This document shows, in pieces, positions 12,631 to 26,137 of a DNA stretch of 64,000 nt; positions within the stretch are counted from its first letter, which is position 1, and each line of letters opens with the position of its first letter. The position numbers and the translations under genes are program-made. The stretch spans positions 2,046,001 to 2,110,000 of the forward strand of contig NC_043003.1 of NCBI RefSeq assembly GCF_006345805.1, read 5' to 3'. Under the pieces are notes generated by a model. That model did no database searches. It was not told where the DNA came from and saw only the letters and a program-made list of their open reading frames with translations. The DNA comes from Octopus sinensis. Taxonomy: Eukaryota.

Positions 12631-12785
12631 GGTAACATACTTTTACAAGATGAACACCAAACTCTACATCTTATGAATGGCTTTATTGCCAAAGTCGATC
12701 TAATGACAGCACTGTCTCTTGACATTTCTGGTTCAATGGTAAATAGCATTTGGAGCCGAACATCTCAAAGCGTAGTAACAAACAG
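12631..12785 (+). CDS. MTTP: MTTP coding exon
   Basis: ttgcag| and ag|gtaagt, 155 nt, phase 0/2. GNILLQDEHQTLHLMNGFIAKVDLMTALSLDISGSMVNSIWSRTSQSVVTN. Confidence 0.93.
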
Positions 12786-12992
12786 GTAAGTTGAACTACC
12801 TTTAGCCGTTTAGTATTTAAACCAGCCATATATGTTTTATGTTCAAACTGGCCAGATCCAGCCTCTTGTACATACCTTACAAAGTCATTCCAAAAATAAG
12901 CAATCAGATCATCAAAATCTCAAAGGTTTGAGATAATCCATGATCAATTCAAAACAATGTGAATAAGTAAGCTTTATGTTTGACAGAGTAAA

Positions 12993-13210
12993 GGCAGTAA
13001 GCTGGCAGAATCGTTAGCACGCTGGGCGAAATGCTTAGCGGTATTTTGTCAGTTACTACATTCTGAGTTCAAGCTCCGTCAAGGTCGACTTTGCCTTTCA
13101 TCTTCTCAGAATTGATTGAATTAAATACCAGTGGGACACTGGGGTCAATGCAATCGACTAATCCCCACCTCCAAAATTTTCGGCCTTGTGTCTTCAGTAG
13201 AAAGGATTAT
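12993..13210 (+). mobile_element. tRNA-derived SINE (family B) nested in a TTAA-type MITE (~12806-13242)
   Basis: gctggcagaatcgttagc..gagttcaa..gactttgcctttcatc. Flanks match the MITE at 34904-35123. Confidence 0.75.
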
Positions 13211-14117
13211 GTTTGACACAGTAATCTGAATGCTAAAGGCTTAAAGACAATTTAATTGCATCAGAAAGTTATTATTTAGACAAACATACCCATCAACAGG
13301 AATGGTCAGAGGATGAAGCAGCTCACTTCAAATACTCATGGTTCCCAGTTCAATATCATTGAACAGCACTTTGGACAAGTATCTTCTACTATTGTATTAA
13401 TCCAAGCTTTCAGAGTGAATTTGTCAAAAGGGAAACTACAGGAAGCCTGTCTTCTGTACCTATTCTTAGATGATAGAATTAACCGATTATCCAGTTGAAC
13501 ACCAACTCTGGTTCTTTGTGATGTATGAGATAATCCATATATTACGATTGCTTCCTCCTTTCTCATCACAAATTTTGGAGGTCCTGTCAAAGGTCATAAC
13601 TGCTGCCTTTTCTCTCTGCTTAAAACTTTAAAAGCATAACGAACACAGAGACGAAGCCTGTCATACATTTATCATCATCATACGACATCCGTCTTCCATG
13701 CTGGCATGGGTTGGACAGTTTGACAAGAGCTGGCCAGGAAGGAGACTACACCAGGCTACTGTGTCTCGTTTGGCAGGGTTTTTATCGTTGGATGCCCCTT
13801 CTTAACACCAACCACCCTATACATATATATATATGTGTGTGTGTGTGTTTGTCCCCCACTCCTGCTTGACAATTAGTGTTGGTGTGTTTACATCCCATAA
13901 CACTATCTGGCCTGTTATCTTTGCACTTGGTAGAAGTTTTGATGGGTAGGTTCCACCAATATTCCTTGTGTTGGTGTTTACACATGTATTCAGTAACAAC
14001 GGGGTTCTCTATTTTTATTCCTGGACAGCCTTTGGTTGGGGGATGGCATTGCATATTGTTTAGGCAACAACATTGTGTTACATTGTGAAATAATACCTCA
14101 ATGACACATCTGGGCAG

Positions 14118-14509
14118 CTGGTGTTATACCCTCCACTGAAATGTCACATAACCAGCATTTCCTGTTGCGTTTTGGGTCTCCAAGGGCTTCACTGCGTGCA
14201 TGCGCACATACACACGAGTACTGTCCAAATCTCCGACCAATCACATACAGCTAGCTGGCATTCAATTGGTGTATCAAGTTTTGGGCATTTTGATTGGGTT
14301 TTGGATAGAAAATTCACAAAAAAGTCACCTCTATTGATTTTTTATTGGCTTTGCAGGGTGACTGGGGAAATGTAAAGATGTGCACGACCACCCTTGGACG
14401 GTTTCGAATGACCATAGAAAGTGCGAGCCCTCTAACTGAAAAATTGTGGATTTGTATAAAGGATACACACACAGACAGACAGACATTTTGCCATTTATAT
14501 ATAGAGAGA
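14118..14509 (-). mobile_element. Non-autonomous Helitron-like element
   Basis: The - strand begins A|TCTCTCTATATATAAATGGC followed by (GTCT)n(GT)n, typical of Helitron/DINE-like 5' ends. The 3' CTAG end is not clearly seen. Confidence 0.45.
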
Positions 14510-14531
14510 TTTTGTAGCAATCTCCAGCTCT

Positions 14532-14572
<41 letters not shown>

Positions 14573-14606
14573 ACCTTTCCATCTAATCATTGTTTCATTG
14601 TTGCAG

Positions 14607-14777
14607 TGGAGCCTTGTTATTCGATGGTTCTGTCAAGTTGGAGTCAAAAATATTGAAAGCTGGAATTGATTTTAAAATTGGTGGTGAAGGACACATAGAC
14701 TTCAAAACCGATGTTGATTTTCTTAAAATGCCAGTGAAAAGTTGTATGAGAATGATGCGACCCCATGTATCATGGAC
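14607..14777 (+). CDS. MTTP: MTTP coding exon
   Basis: ttgcag| and ac|gtaagt, 171 nt, phase 2/2. GALLFDGSVKLESK...VDFLKMPVKSCMRMMRPHVSW, with the conserved Cys of the CM.M motif. Confidence 0.92.
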
Positions 14778-14811
14778 GTAAGTAAATCTTCATTACTATT
14801 ATTATTATTAT

Positions 14812-16717
14812 TCAGTAGCCTAATTTTTATCACATACTTTCACTGCCCTACTGAGTGCAGCTCTGTGTGCCCTGGGTGTGCGCTGTGGTTTGTGATGCTA
14901 TTTTCTCTACATTATTTATACTTGTTAGTCCTGGTGATATTGTTATGTATTTCATCATCATCATCATCGTTTAATGTCCACTTTCCATGCTGGCATGGGT
15001 TGGACGGTTTGACTGAGGACTGTCGAGCCAGAAGGTTGCACCAAGCTCCAATCTGATCTGGCAAAGTTTCTACAGCTGGATGCCCTTCCTAACGCCAACC
15101 ACTCCTAGAGTGTAGTGGGTGCTCTTACATGTCACTGGCACAAGGGCCAGTCAGGCGGTACTGGCAACGGCCACGCTTGGATGTTGTTTTTCATGTGCCA
15201 GTAATGCAACACTGGCAATGATCACACTCGAAAGGTGCCTTTTACGTGCCACTGGCACAGGAGGCAGTCAGCTGCCTTGGCAACAATCACACTCAAATGG
15301 TGCTCTTAGTGCTCCACTAGCACGAGTGCCAATCAGGCGGAACTGTCATCGGCCATGTCAGCGATTTTCATATCACTTGCCTCAACAGGTCTTTGCAAGC
15401 AAAGTTTATTGTCGAATGAATGAGGGGTATTCATAAGTGGGCTGGTTACACCCCTGGCATAGTCCACGGGTTATGGTCTCACTTGGCTTGTCGGGTCTTC
15501 TCATGCACAGCATATCTCTAAAGGTCTCAGTCACTAATTGCCTCATTGAGGCCCAATGTTCAAAGGTCATGCTTCACCACTTCATCCCAGGTCTTCCTGG
15601 GTCTACCTCTTCCACAGGTTCCCTCAACCGCTATGGTGTGGCACTTTTTCACACAGCTGTCCTCATTTATTCTCACCACATGACCATACCAGCGCAGTCG
15701 TCTCTCTTGCACACCACATCTGATGCTTCTTAGGTTCAACTTTTCTCTCAAGGTACTTACACTCAGTCGAGTATGCACACTGACATTACACATCCAGCGG
15801 AGCATACTGGCTTCATTCCTTGCAAGCTTACACATGTTCTCAGCAGTCACGGCCCATGTTTCACTGCCATGTAGCATGGCTGTTTGTACACATGCATCAT
15901 ACAGTCTAGCTTTTACTCTAAGCGAGAGGCCTTTTGTCACCAGCAGGGGTAAGAGCTCTCTGAGCTTTGCCCAGGTTATTCTTATTCTAGCATCTACACT
16001 TTCAGCACACCCTCCTCCGCTACTGACTTGGTCCCCTAGGTCACGGAAGCTATCAACTACTTCTAGTTTTTCTCCCTGGAATATGGCAGAAGTTGTTCTC
16101 TGCACATTTTAAGTGTTTATTGCTCCCGGGCATCTGCCACATACAAAAACTATCTTCCCCATTAGCCTTCCTTTGATATTACTGCACCTCTTATGTGTCC
16201 ATAGCTTACACTGGGTACATCTTATAGCGTTTCTACCTACGCCTCTACTACAGATTGAGCAGGGCCATCTACCTGAAGGGATTTGTGGCTTGCCTGCCTT
16301 TCTACTTATTAGGACTTTGGTTTTACCTAGGTTGATTTTAAGACCCTTCAATTCTAATCCTTGCTTCCACACTTGAAACTGCTCCTCCAGTTCTGATAGT
16401 GACTCAGCAATTAGAGCAAGGTTGTCAGCATAAAGGAGCTCCCAGGGCATCCTGTCTTGAATTCCTCTGCTATTGCCTGGAGGACTATGATGAATAAGAG
16501 GGGGCTGAGGACGTCTGAATATTTTTTTATCATACCTGATGAGCCAACTATGATAGGAATTGTTTCTGCTTTTAAACTCCACGTTCGAGTTACCTATATT
16601 CCCAGGTCTTTGTATTTTGAAAGTTTCTTTTAGAGAACCATTGTCATCTGTTGCTACTGATACACTAATTAAAAAGCATTTTATTCTTGATGATCTCTGA
16701 CAACTATATCTGGCCTA
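14812..16717 (-). mobile_element. R4/Dong-like LINE 3' fragment, split by an RTE insertion (pieces 14812-14952 and 16513-16717)
   Basis: The - strand encodes NRPDIVV..SKYKDL..TIPIIVG (restriction-like endonuclease). The pieces join as gtattt|gtctga, as in the uninterrupted copy at 16741-16965. (TAA)n tail. Confidence 0.75.
14953..16512 (-). mobile_element. RTE-clade LINE, 5'-truncated, with repeat-rich 3' UTR and (ATG)n tail
   Basis: WELLYADNLALIAES, GLKINLGKTK, HGSETW, LRWYGHV and GRGRPRKTW. Cys/His-rich insert C-x2-C..C-x2-C..H-x2-C..C-x2-C. Confidence 0.92.
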
Positions 16718-16740
16718 TTATTATTATTATTATTATTATT

Positions 16741-16965
16741 CAGTAGTTTTATTTTTATAGCGTGCTTTCACTTCACTACCGAGTGTGTCTCTGTGTGCCT
16801 TGAGTATGTGCTGTGGTTTGTTGTGATGCTCTTATTTTCACTGTATTGAAAGTGTTTTGCGTAGGATGTGTGCGGTGACTAGTAGTGCAATTTTCTGTAT
16901 GTTATATATATTTATAAGTCCTGGTGTTTTTGTTATGTATTTGTCTGACTAGTTTTTTTTATGAT
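16741..16965 (-). mobile_element. R4/Dong-like LINE 3' end in (TAA)n
   Basis: The - strand encodes ..IQKIALLVTAHILRKTLSIQ*. (TAA)n on both sides. Confidence 0.75.
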
Positions 16966-19571
16966 TATTATTATTATTGCTATGTTTTGAGTTCAAATTC
17001 TGCCATGGTCGACTTTGCCTTCCATCCTTCTGGGCTCAATAAATTACTAGGGTCGAAGTGATCGATTGTCCCCTTCCCCACAAAAATCCAGGACTTGTGC
17101 CTATAGTAGAAACGATTATTATACTACTACTACTACTGCTGCTATCATCATCATCATCATCATCATCAAGATGGAGAGCTGGCAAAACCATCATCATGTC
17201 TGACAAAATGCTTAGAATCATTTCATCCGTCTTTAATGTTCTGAGTTCAAATTCTGTTGAGGTCGGCTTTGCCTTTCATCCTTTTGGGGTCAACGAAATA
17301 AACACCAGTTGACAACTGGAGTCGACATAATCAGCTGGCCCCTTCCCCACCAAATTTCAGGCCTTGTGCCAATTACAGAAAAGGTTAATATTGTTATTAT
17401 TATTTAATCAAGGAGGCAAGCTGGTAGAATCGTTAGCACATCAAGCAAAATGCTTCACAGCATTTCATCTGTCTTTACATTCTGAGTTCAAATTCTGCTG
17501 AGGTCAACTTTGCCTTTCATCCTTCCTGGGGCGTCAATAAAATAGTTACTAGTTGAACACTTGGGACGATGTAATCGACTGACTTCATCCTCGAAATTAC
17601 TGGTCTTGTGCCAAAATTTGAAACCATTATTATCATTATTATTTAATCAATAAGGAAGGGAAAGGTTTCTCACAGCCGTTGGCCAGATAAGAGACACGTT
17701 AGAAACTCTTTTGGGTTGAGGAAGAATTATTGAAAACTGCGGAGGAAGCAGAAAATTTTGGATGGGACAAACATGCCAAGTTTTAGGAAAAGTTTCGTTT
17801 TCACATGTTTCCTTAATTTGTTTAAAAAGATACATTGCAAACATAAATGGAAGTTATTTCCTAAATTCTGGAATCCCTTAAAAATTACTGCCAGTTTTTT
17901 ATGTAGTGTTTTAGAAACGGAAATCTGTGAACAGTGGCTCTCCTCTCCAACATCGCAGTTAGAGAAGTGTAGCTGCAAAAGGGAGATAACTGTAATTTCA
18001 CCGAGAATGTGAAGCAAATAAAGGGAGACAATCTTCTTCATCTGTTTAAATGTCATAAAACTTACCAGCGAGTGATATTCATTGTGCAAGAAATAGCAGC
18101 CAAATTTCCTTCATATCTCATTCTCAAATTACGTGTCCATTTTGAGACTTTTGCTGAAAAAGGACACTTTTAATTCATCATATTAGAAAATTTGTGATGG
18201 TCAAGACTGGAACGTCTTCGATCCTAGGTCTCACTTGCTCAGAATTTACCAGAAATTAAACAATAATTCAGTGCAGTTACTCTATTTAATAGTGTATAAG
18301 ACATGTTTTTTTTTTAATGCATCAAAAAATTGCTCTACGTTTAATGAGGCTTTATAACGGATGGCAGACTGAGCGCTATAGACAAGGGAACTGGATGAAC
18401 GTAAATCCGCTAGGTACAATACAATAACTGTTACTAAGAATAAATTATTAAAAACAAAAATATCCAGTCTGATGGTGACGTGTTTAGAATATGTTAACGG
18501 TTATGTGAAGAGATCACATCATCTTTTTATACCTCCTTCCTCAGCAAACGTAACCCACAATTGATCTGCGTCTTACATTGTTTAATGGCTGTAATACTTT
18601 TAAGAAACATTTTTTAATTATCTAAATGAAAAACTCTCCTGGAAAGAAGAAAGCAATGTTAAACTTTCGTCTACCAGTCAGCCATTTGCAATGAGTGGAT
18701 GACAACAAAATCATAGCAGTGGTGCACCACCCTGGTGGCCAATCACAGTAACAATAAGCATCACAGCCATAAATATGAGTTTTACATCTTGTATGACAGT
18801 TCTCTGGACCCAAATATAATCAACTAAAACTGTTCATCTGAAAGAAGATAAAACTGAAGTGCAATAGTCATATCATGTGGTTTACTCTTTTACTTGTTTC
18901 AGTCATTGGACTGCGGCCATGCTGATGAAGAGGCCTTTAGTTTAGCAAATCGACCTCAGAGCTTATTCTATCAGTCTCTTTTGCCGAACTGCTAAGTTAT
19001 GGGGACATAAACACACCAGCATCGGTTTCCAAGTGATGTTAGGGGGACAAACACAAACACCCATACATATGACGGGCTTCTTTCAGTTTCCTTCTACCAA
19101 ATCCACTCACAAGGCTTTTGTCAGCCTGAGGTTATAGTAGAAGACACTTGCCCAAGGTGCCACGCAGTGGGACTGAACCCAGGACCATGTGGTTGGTAAG
19201 CAAGCTACTTACCACACAATCACTCCTGTGCCTATATGTATAAGATAGATTTATAGTTTTATATTTTATTCCAGTATACTATCACAGCATTGTATGTTTT
19301 CATGGGCAGAACCATGCATTTCCCCCAACAAAGCCACTTTGAAATATCTTTCAATGTGTGCAGAGTGAAATGTCCCAATTTTGTTTGTTTTTTTTCTCCA
19401 CACAATATATTCATCAAATAGGGTTGCATCATGTGAGAGAGTGCATTAAATGCTGCTAAATACAGCAATTAAAAGGATGTAAATGCTGCAGAAAAGACAC
19501 ATTGGAAACTGCTCAGATTTGCCAACCAAATTGTGAAAGTAACAGAGTTTTCTCACATTTCCATTGTATAC

Positions 19572-19965
19572 TCTTTTACTTGTTTCAGTCATTTGACTGC
19601 GGCCATGCTGCAGCACCGCCTTTAGTCGAGCAAATCGACCCCGGGATTTATTCTTTGTAAGCCCAGTACTTATTCTATCGGTCTCTTTTGCCGAACCGCT
19701 AAGTGATGGGGACGTAAACACACCAGCATCGGTTGTCAAGCAATGCTAGGGGGACAAACACACACACACAAACACATGCACACACAGACACACACATATA
19801 TACGACAGGCTTCTTTCAGTTTCCGTCTACCAAATCCATTCACAAGGCATTGGTCGGCCCGGGGCTATAGCAGAAGACACTTGCCCAAGATGCCACGCAG
19901 TGGGACTGAACCCGGAACCATGTGGTTGGTTAGCAAGCTACTTACCACACAGCCACTCCAGCGCC
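19572..19965 (-). mobile_element. Full-length SINE family A
   Basis: Complete head, (CA)n core and tail. Similar copies at ~18884-19232, 20327-20720, 21927-22278, 47896-48240, 55415-55799 and 60249-60587. Confidence 0.9.
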
Positions 19966-20035
19966 TATATAATGTTTTTTTTATATTTCTTTCGAAACAC
20001 AATGTTAATATTTTATTTTATTTTATTTTTCACAG

Positions 20036-20183
20036 GCAAAATATTACAAAATATGACAGTTTTTCAAGCAAAAGCCATAAAACCAAAATTAACCGAACAT
20101 ACCAGCTTCCTGACATGTCCTATTTCTTGAACCAATTCAACTCAAAGCAATGCCATAACATGATAGATTCCTTGGAATTATAG
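20036..20183 (+). CDS. MTTP: MTTP terminal coding exon with stop codon
   Basis: Long polypyrimidine tract, cacag|g, then QNITKYDSFSSKSHKTKINRTYQLPDMSYFLNQFNSKQCHNMIDSLEL* (N-S-x-x-C C-terminal motif). TAG at 20181-20183. Confidence 0.9.
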
Positions 20184-20772
20184 TCTGAGATTGGTTCCAA
20201 CAAGTGTTTGTCCCATTTTGTTTTTCTCTTCACCAGAATTTCATTATTTTGATATAAACTATATTTTTTTTTAATTATCTTTGTTTTGGCTTTGTTTTTT
20301 TTTTATTTCATTTATCTTTTTTTTTTCTTTTTACTTGTTTCAGTCATTAGACTGTGGCCATGCTGGGGCCTCTAAGAATTTTTAGCTGAATGAATTAACC
20401 CCAGCACTTATTTTCTTTTTCAAAGATGGTACTTATTCTATCGATTTCTTTTGCTGAACTGCTAAGTTACAGGGATGTAAACACACCAACACCAGTTGTC
20501 AAGCAATGGTGGGGGACATATACACACACACACACACACATACACACACACAGAATATATACATACAACCGGCTTCTTTCAGTTTTTGTCTACCAAATCC
20601 ACTCACAAGGCTTTGGTCAGCCCGATGCTATAGTAGAAGACACTTGCCCAAGGTGTCAGACAGTGGGACTGAACCCGGAACCATGTGGTTGGAAGCAAGC
20701 TTCTTACCACAGAGCCACAACTGCAGTTTTTGAAAATATTTAAAGATAACGACATCAATGATGAGGAACAAA

Positions 20773-20778
20773 AATAAA
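20773..20778 (+). promoter_or_regulatory. Candidate MTTP polyadenylation signal
   Basis: First AATAAA I found downstream of the stop codon, followed by GT-rich sequence. AATAAA is common in AT-rich DNA. Confidence 0.3.
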
Positions 20779-20810
20779 TGCCACTGATGGAATTTATGAA
20801 ACGATAAGAA

Positions 20811-20847
<37 letters not shown>

Positions 20848-21084
20848 TCTTATCAATTCACAAATATATATTTGAAATATTGGTTTCTAATTTTGGCACA
20901 AGGCCAGCAATTTCAGGGGAGGTGGTAATTCGGTTACATCCACTCCATGGCTCAACTGGTTCCTATTTGATCAAGCGTGAAATGAGGACAGGCAAAGTCG
21001 ACCTCAGTGGAGTTTGAACTCAGAACGTAAAGACAGACAGAATGCCACTGAGTACTTTGCCCAGCATACTGCCTTAAATATATA

Positions 21085-21225
21085 TCATCATCATCATTGT
21101 CATCATCATCATCATTGTCATTATCATCATCATCATCATCATCATCATCATCGTCATCATCATTATCATCTTCATCATCAGCGTCACTGTCATCATCATC
21201 ATCATTATCATCGTCGTCGTTATCA
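21085..21225. repeat. (CAT)n microsatellite, tail of an RTE-related SINE (family C)
   Basis: Runs into tttaatgtc..ccatgctggcatgggttgg, the same 3' end as the RTE at 14953-15110. Confidence 0.9.
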
Positions 21226-24200
21226 TTTAATGTCTGTTTTTCCCATGCTGGCATGGGTTGGATGGCTTGCCAGGCTTCGGCAATCCAGACAGTTGCCCCA
21301 GGTTGCAATTATGTGTTCTGGCCTGGTTTCTACGGCTGGATGCCCTTCCTAATGCAGAGTGTCCTGGCTGCTTTATTCTTTGCACCAGCATGGGCACTTT
21401 TATGTGGCACTGAAAGAAATATTAATTAATAATTCTTTCTAATTTTTTGGCACAAGGCCAGCAATTTTGGAGTGAGGAAGAAAGTCAATTAAAATCAATG
21501 CCATACTTGATTAGTTCTTTACTTAGTGGCACCATCGTTACCAGTTCCGCCTGACTGGTCCCATGCTGGTGACATGTAAAAAGTACCATTCAAGTATGGT
21601 CAATGCCAGTACCCCCTGACTGGCCCCTGTGCTGGTGGCATTTAAAAAGCATCCACTACACTCTCGGAGTGGTTGGCATTAGGAAAGGAATCCAGCTGTA
21701 GAAACTTTGCCAATCCCCAGTCAAACCGTCCAACCCATGCCAGCATGGAAAACGGACGTTAAACGATGATGATGATGATGATGATCCCTGAAGGGAAGAA
21801 AGGCAAAGTTGATCTGGATGGGATTTGAACTCAGAATGTAGAGAGCCAAAAGTAATTCCTTGAAGCATTTGTCTGGCAGGATGCTGATTCTGCTGGCTCA
21901 TTAACGATGCAGCTATCATTTGATAATTCTTTTATTTGCTTCAGTCACTTGGCTGCAACCATGCTGGAGCACCCTTTTGTCAAGCACATCAGTCCCAGGA
22001 TTTATTCTTTGTAAGCCTAGTACTTATTCTATTGGTCTCTTCTTCCGAACTGCTAAGTTCCAGGGACATAAACACAGATGCACACCCCCACACACACATA
22101 TATATATATATACATATACGATGGGCTTCTTCCAGTTTCCATCTACCAAATCCAATCACAAGGCTTTGGTCGGCCTGAAGCTATAGTAGAACACACTTGC
22201 CCAAGGTGTCACACAGTGGGACTGAACCCAGGACCATATTGTTGGTAAGCAAGCTACTTACCACACAGCCACGCCTGTTCCTAATCCCAGGATTTAATGA
22301 CTTCTTTCTACAGCAAATATAATTCAAGCCAAACTTTATCTTTGTTGTTTTTTTTAAACAGTGAGTTAACAAAGTGTCGGACCAAATACCTTGTTTTATT
22401 TATTTCAGTTCTTTGAGATTTAATCTTGCTGGGTCAAAGTGGACAAACACAAAGCCATCCATTGGATGTAGTTGTTGTTGTTGCTTAGCTACAAGCAGGC
22501 CTATGAGCAAAGGTGTTACAGTCATGACCATCCAGCCTTTTTCTTAGGCACAGTGCCCTTGGAACCATATTGTAGAAAATATATCGTGGTACTCTGTTGA
22601 TCACAATGATGAGGGTTCCAGTTGATCTGATCAATGGAAGAGCCTGCTCGGGAAATTAATGTGCAAGTGGCTGAGCACTCCACAGACAGCTGTGTACCCT
22701 TAACATAGTTCTCGGGGAGATTCAGCATGGTTCTTTTGAAATATAGGTACAACAGAAACAGGTAGAAAGGGTGAGAGAAAGTTATGGCGAAAGAGCACAG
22801 CAGGGAGCCTTGTGGAGCTTTAGGTGTTTTCGCTCAATAAACACTCACAACACCCAGTCTGGGAATTGAAACTGCGCTTCTATGACTGCGAGTCCGCTGC
22901 CCTAACCACTGGGCCATTGCACCTCCAAGCCTTGGGACCATATTGTAGAAAATATATATTCAAACAATGTAACAACAGATGAAATAGAGAAAAAGTTTGT
23001 ACAGTTTGGTTTATTCTATAGAAAATACCATCTCCACAGATTCTGCTTACCATTAGAAGTTGTGGACTGTGACAAAATTGGGTGGCATAATAATGTAATA
23101 AATGGTAAAGGGGCTTCTTTTTCAGTTTTAAGAAATGTCTGTTCTTCATAATCAGGATTTTATGTCTGGGCTGACAGTGATTAGTCATGCCTGTTGATAT
23201 AGCAGCACACTAATTGCTGATTAGTGAGAATTAACTTAGTTTGGCTGTTGAGTAAGTCTGTTAGCATAGCTGACATGTATTAGTGAAGTCCACCCATCCA
23301 GTATAAGGTTTTTATAAGATGGCAGGGTGGGAGACCATCAGTTTCTGATATTGCATTAGGTGAGCCAACGAGTTATCATTTACATCATTGTTTGACCTGA
23401 TATAAATATAATGAAATTACCTGTTACTGGGCAGCCAACTAGGTTACTGCAAGCAGGTGATTTTGCACCTGCTTGTCTATCGGTAGTGGAGTTGAAAGGA
23501 AAAGGGAACAATGAAAGGGTCTGGTCCAGGCTATGCTTTTAAGGAGACATTTTATGGTCAGTTGTATAAGTGTGTGTGGGGAGAGGGGTACCAGCAAAGT
23601 CAAGACCTACCTGAAGCAGTAATCTCTAGCTACACTATCACAGCCCTCAGTCTGTTATAACACCTGCAGTTTTTGACTAGAACTTTTTATCGATCCTGGA
23701 AGGATGCATAGCAAAGTCAGCCTTGATGAGATTTGAACTCAGTACATAACAGACCATAGATTAACACTGCAAGTCATTTTGTAAGACATTAATGGTTCTC
23801 TTAATCCCTCAGTATTAAACAGGGTCTCTCACAACGATCCTAGTGTCTCTCCCCTGTTTGTTCCAGTGTTTGTTAATTGTGCTCAAAGCGTGTCTCATTA
23901 TTAGAAGACTCCCTAATAAAGTCAGCTGGCAGAATCGTTAGCACGTCGGGTGAAATGCTTAGCGGTATTTCATCTGCTGCTACATTCTGAGTTCAAATTC
24001 CACCGAGGTTGACTTTGCTTTTCATCCTTTTGGGGGTTAATAAATTAAGTACCAGTTGCATACTGGGGTTGATCAAATTGACTGGCGTTGTGCCTATAGT
24101 AGAAAGGATTAATATGAAACTCCCAGTACAAAGTAATTTTTAAACAGCCCCATCACCATTTAGTATTTCTGCTTTGGTTAATGGTATCTAAGTCATTACT

Positions 24201-24582
24201 TCATTCTGGCAAGGTGCCAAGTTCCAAGAACTCACCCTTTCCCGTTATTGCTTAAGAATTTGTGTCAATGCTGTAGAATTTAAGATAACATACCTTCCAT
24301 CTGAGAGTACTGTAATCCCATATCTGCAGTGTGTCGTATGGCATAATATGATGCCAATCACTGCCTGTGAGTTTCCTCCGCTGTTATATATAATTTGGGT
24401 CAAATTCTTCGTTAATTTTTATGAATAGAGCAAAATGTTTGTATCCAAAAAAAATTTGACAAACTTGACCGTCTGCTTCTGCTTCAGTATCAAGTCTCAG
24501 TGAGACAAGTCAGACATTGATGAAGAATATTTCTGTCCAATCTTAGTCCAGGAATAGAGAACAATAGAGAAACAATTCTTAA

Positions 24583-24805
24583 CCCTTTTGTTACCAACCC
24601 AGCTGAAACCGGTTCTGGCTCTGTAGTACAAATGTCTTGTTTTCATAAGTTTTGAATTAAAATCTTCCACCAAACCTTAGTCGCAGTTTATGTTCCTAAC
24701 ACTTAGCTCAATGATAACTAAGTTATTTTACTAAATTCTTTGTTATATTTAAAATTAATTGAAAGGAACACAGAACATCTCAACAGAAATACAGTAACAA
24801 AATGG
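24583..24805. mobile_element. piggyBac-like MITE
   Basis: TTAA|CCCTTTTGTTAC ... GTAACAAAATGG|TTAA. Confidence 0.75.
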
Positions 24806-26093
24806 TTAAATATTAGGAAATGAAATTTACTGAAAACAAATAACAGAGAATTACAGTAGGACATGTTCACCTATGTCCTACCTTTTGGACATGACACCTA
24901 AAGAAGAGAAAAAAACAGAAAGTTCCAGAGGTAATTAAGTGTGTTTATTTACATTTTATATTGAAAATATTTTGTGAGATGAAAAAAATTTTTTTAAGTG
25001 TTGGCAGCCTGCTCTGACGCTCAACAAGATGTAGAAATTGTAAATTTACATTTAATTTATTCAACATTTAATTCATTTTATGTTTTTATTTCATTTAGCT
25101 TAGTAGGAAAATATACATAGACACAGATAGATACGACTGAGTGGTTTGCAGCCATATGGTTCCAGGTTCAGTCCCACCGCACGGCACCACAGGCAAGTGC
25201 CTCCAACTACATATTGAACCAGTTTTGGTGACAGTACTTTTTGGCAAATATGCACACACACACACACACACACCTGTACAGAAATATACACATACAGATA
25301 AAGATAGTGAGAGAGAGAGAGAGAGAGGCTACAACTTATTCGTTGAATATGATTGACAAACTTTTCTCCCTCCTCAGAAACATAAAAAGAAATAAGCTCA
25401 TACACATAAACTGAGAGGGAGGGGGGAAAGGAGAGAGAGAGAGAGGAGGAGGAGGAGGAGAGAGAGACAGACAGAGAAAAAGAGGGAGGGGGGTTGAAGG
25501 AGGAACATTAAATCATCTGATGTCAAATAAGTCAGCATCGAATGAACGATGCCATCACAGCTGGGCCCAAAACTATCTCCAAACCTTTCAGCATAACTGA
25601 TAGTATAATTTCTAACATTATCTTTTAGTTTTTACCTAATTCAGTCATGCTGCGGCCATGCTGGAACACTAGTCAAAAGAATTGACCCCAGTGCGTATTT
25701 TTCAAATCTTGGTATTTAATCTGTCGGTATCTTTGGTTGAACCACTAAGTTACAGGGACATAAACACACCGGGTGTCAAGCGGTAGTGGACAGCAAACAC
25801 ACACACACACATATGTATATATATATATATGTTGGTCTTCTTTCAATTTCCGTCTTCCAAATCCATTCACAAGGCTTTGGTTGGTCCAAGGCTATAATAG
25901 AAGGCACTTGCTCAAGGTGCCACACAGTGGGACTGAACCTGGAACCATGTGGTTGGAAGCAAACTTCTTACCAAGCTGCCATGTCTCTGCATACATGAAT
26001 AAAAATTATATGTATATATATATATATATATATATGTAGAGAGAGAGAGAAGGAGACAGACAGACAGATATAGATAGATAGACAAAACTATAT

Positions 26094-26137
<44 letters not shown>

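Noticed and set aside
15120-15360. CRISPR-like spaced repeats (gtgcca..ggcac units)
   Set aside because: Degenerate internal tandem repeats of the RTE/SINE 3' region, in eukaryotic context with no unique spacers or cas genes.
21014-21429. Poly-His, poly-Ser and poly-Asp ORFs
   Set aside because: Translations of the (CAT)n SINE tail, with no splice or codon support.
23192-23662. Solo LTR (TGTT...AACA ends)
   Set aside because: No matching TSD and no second copy in the window.
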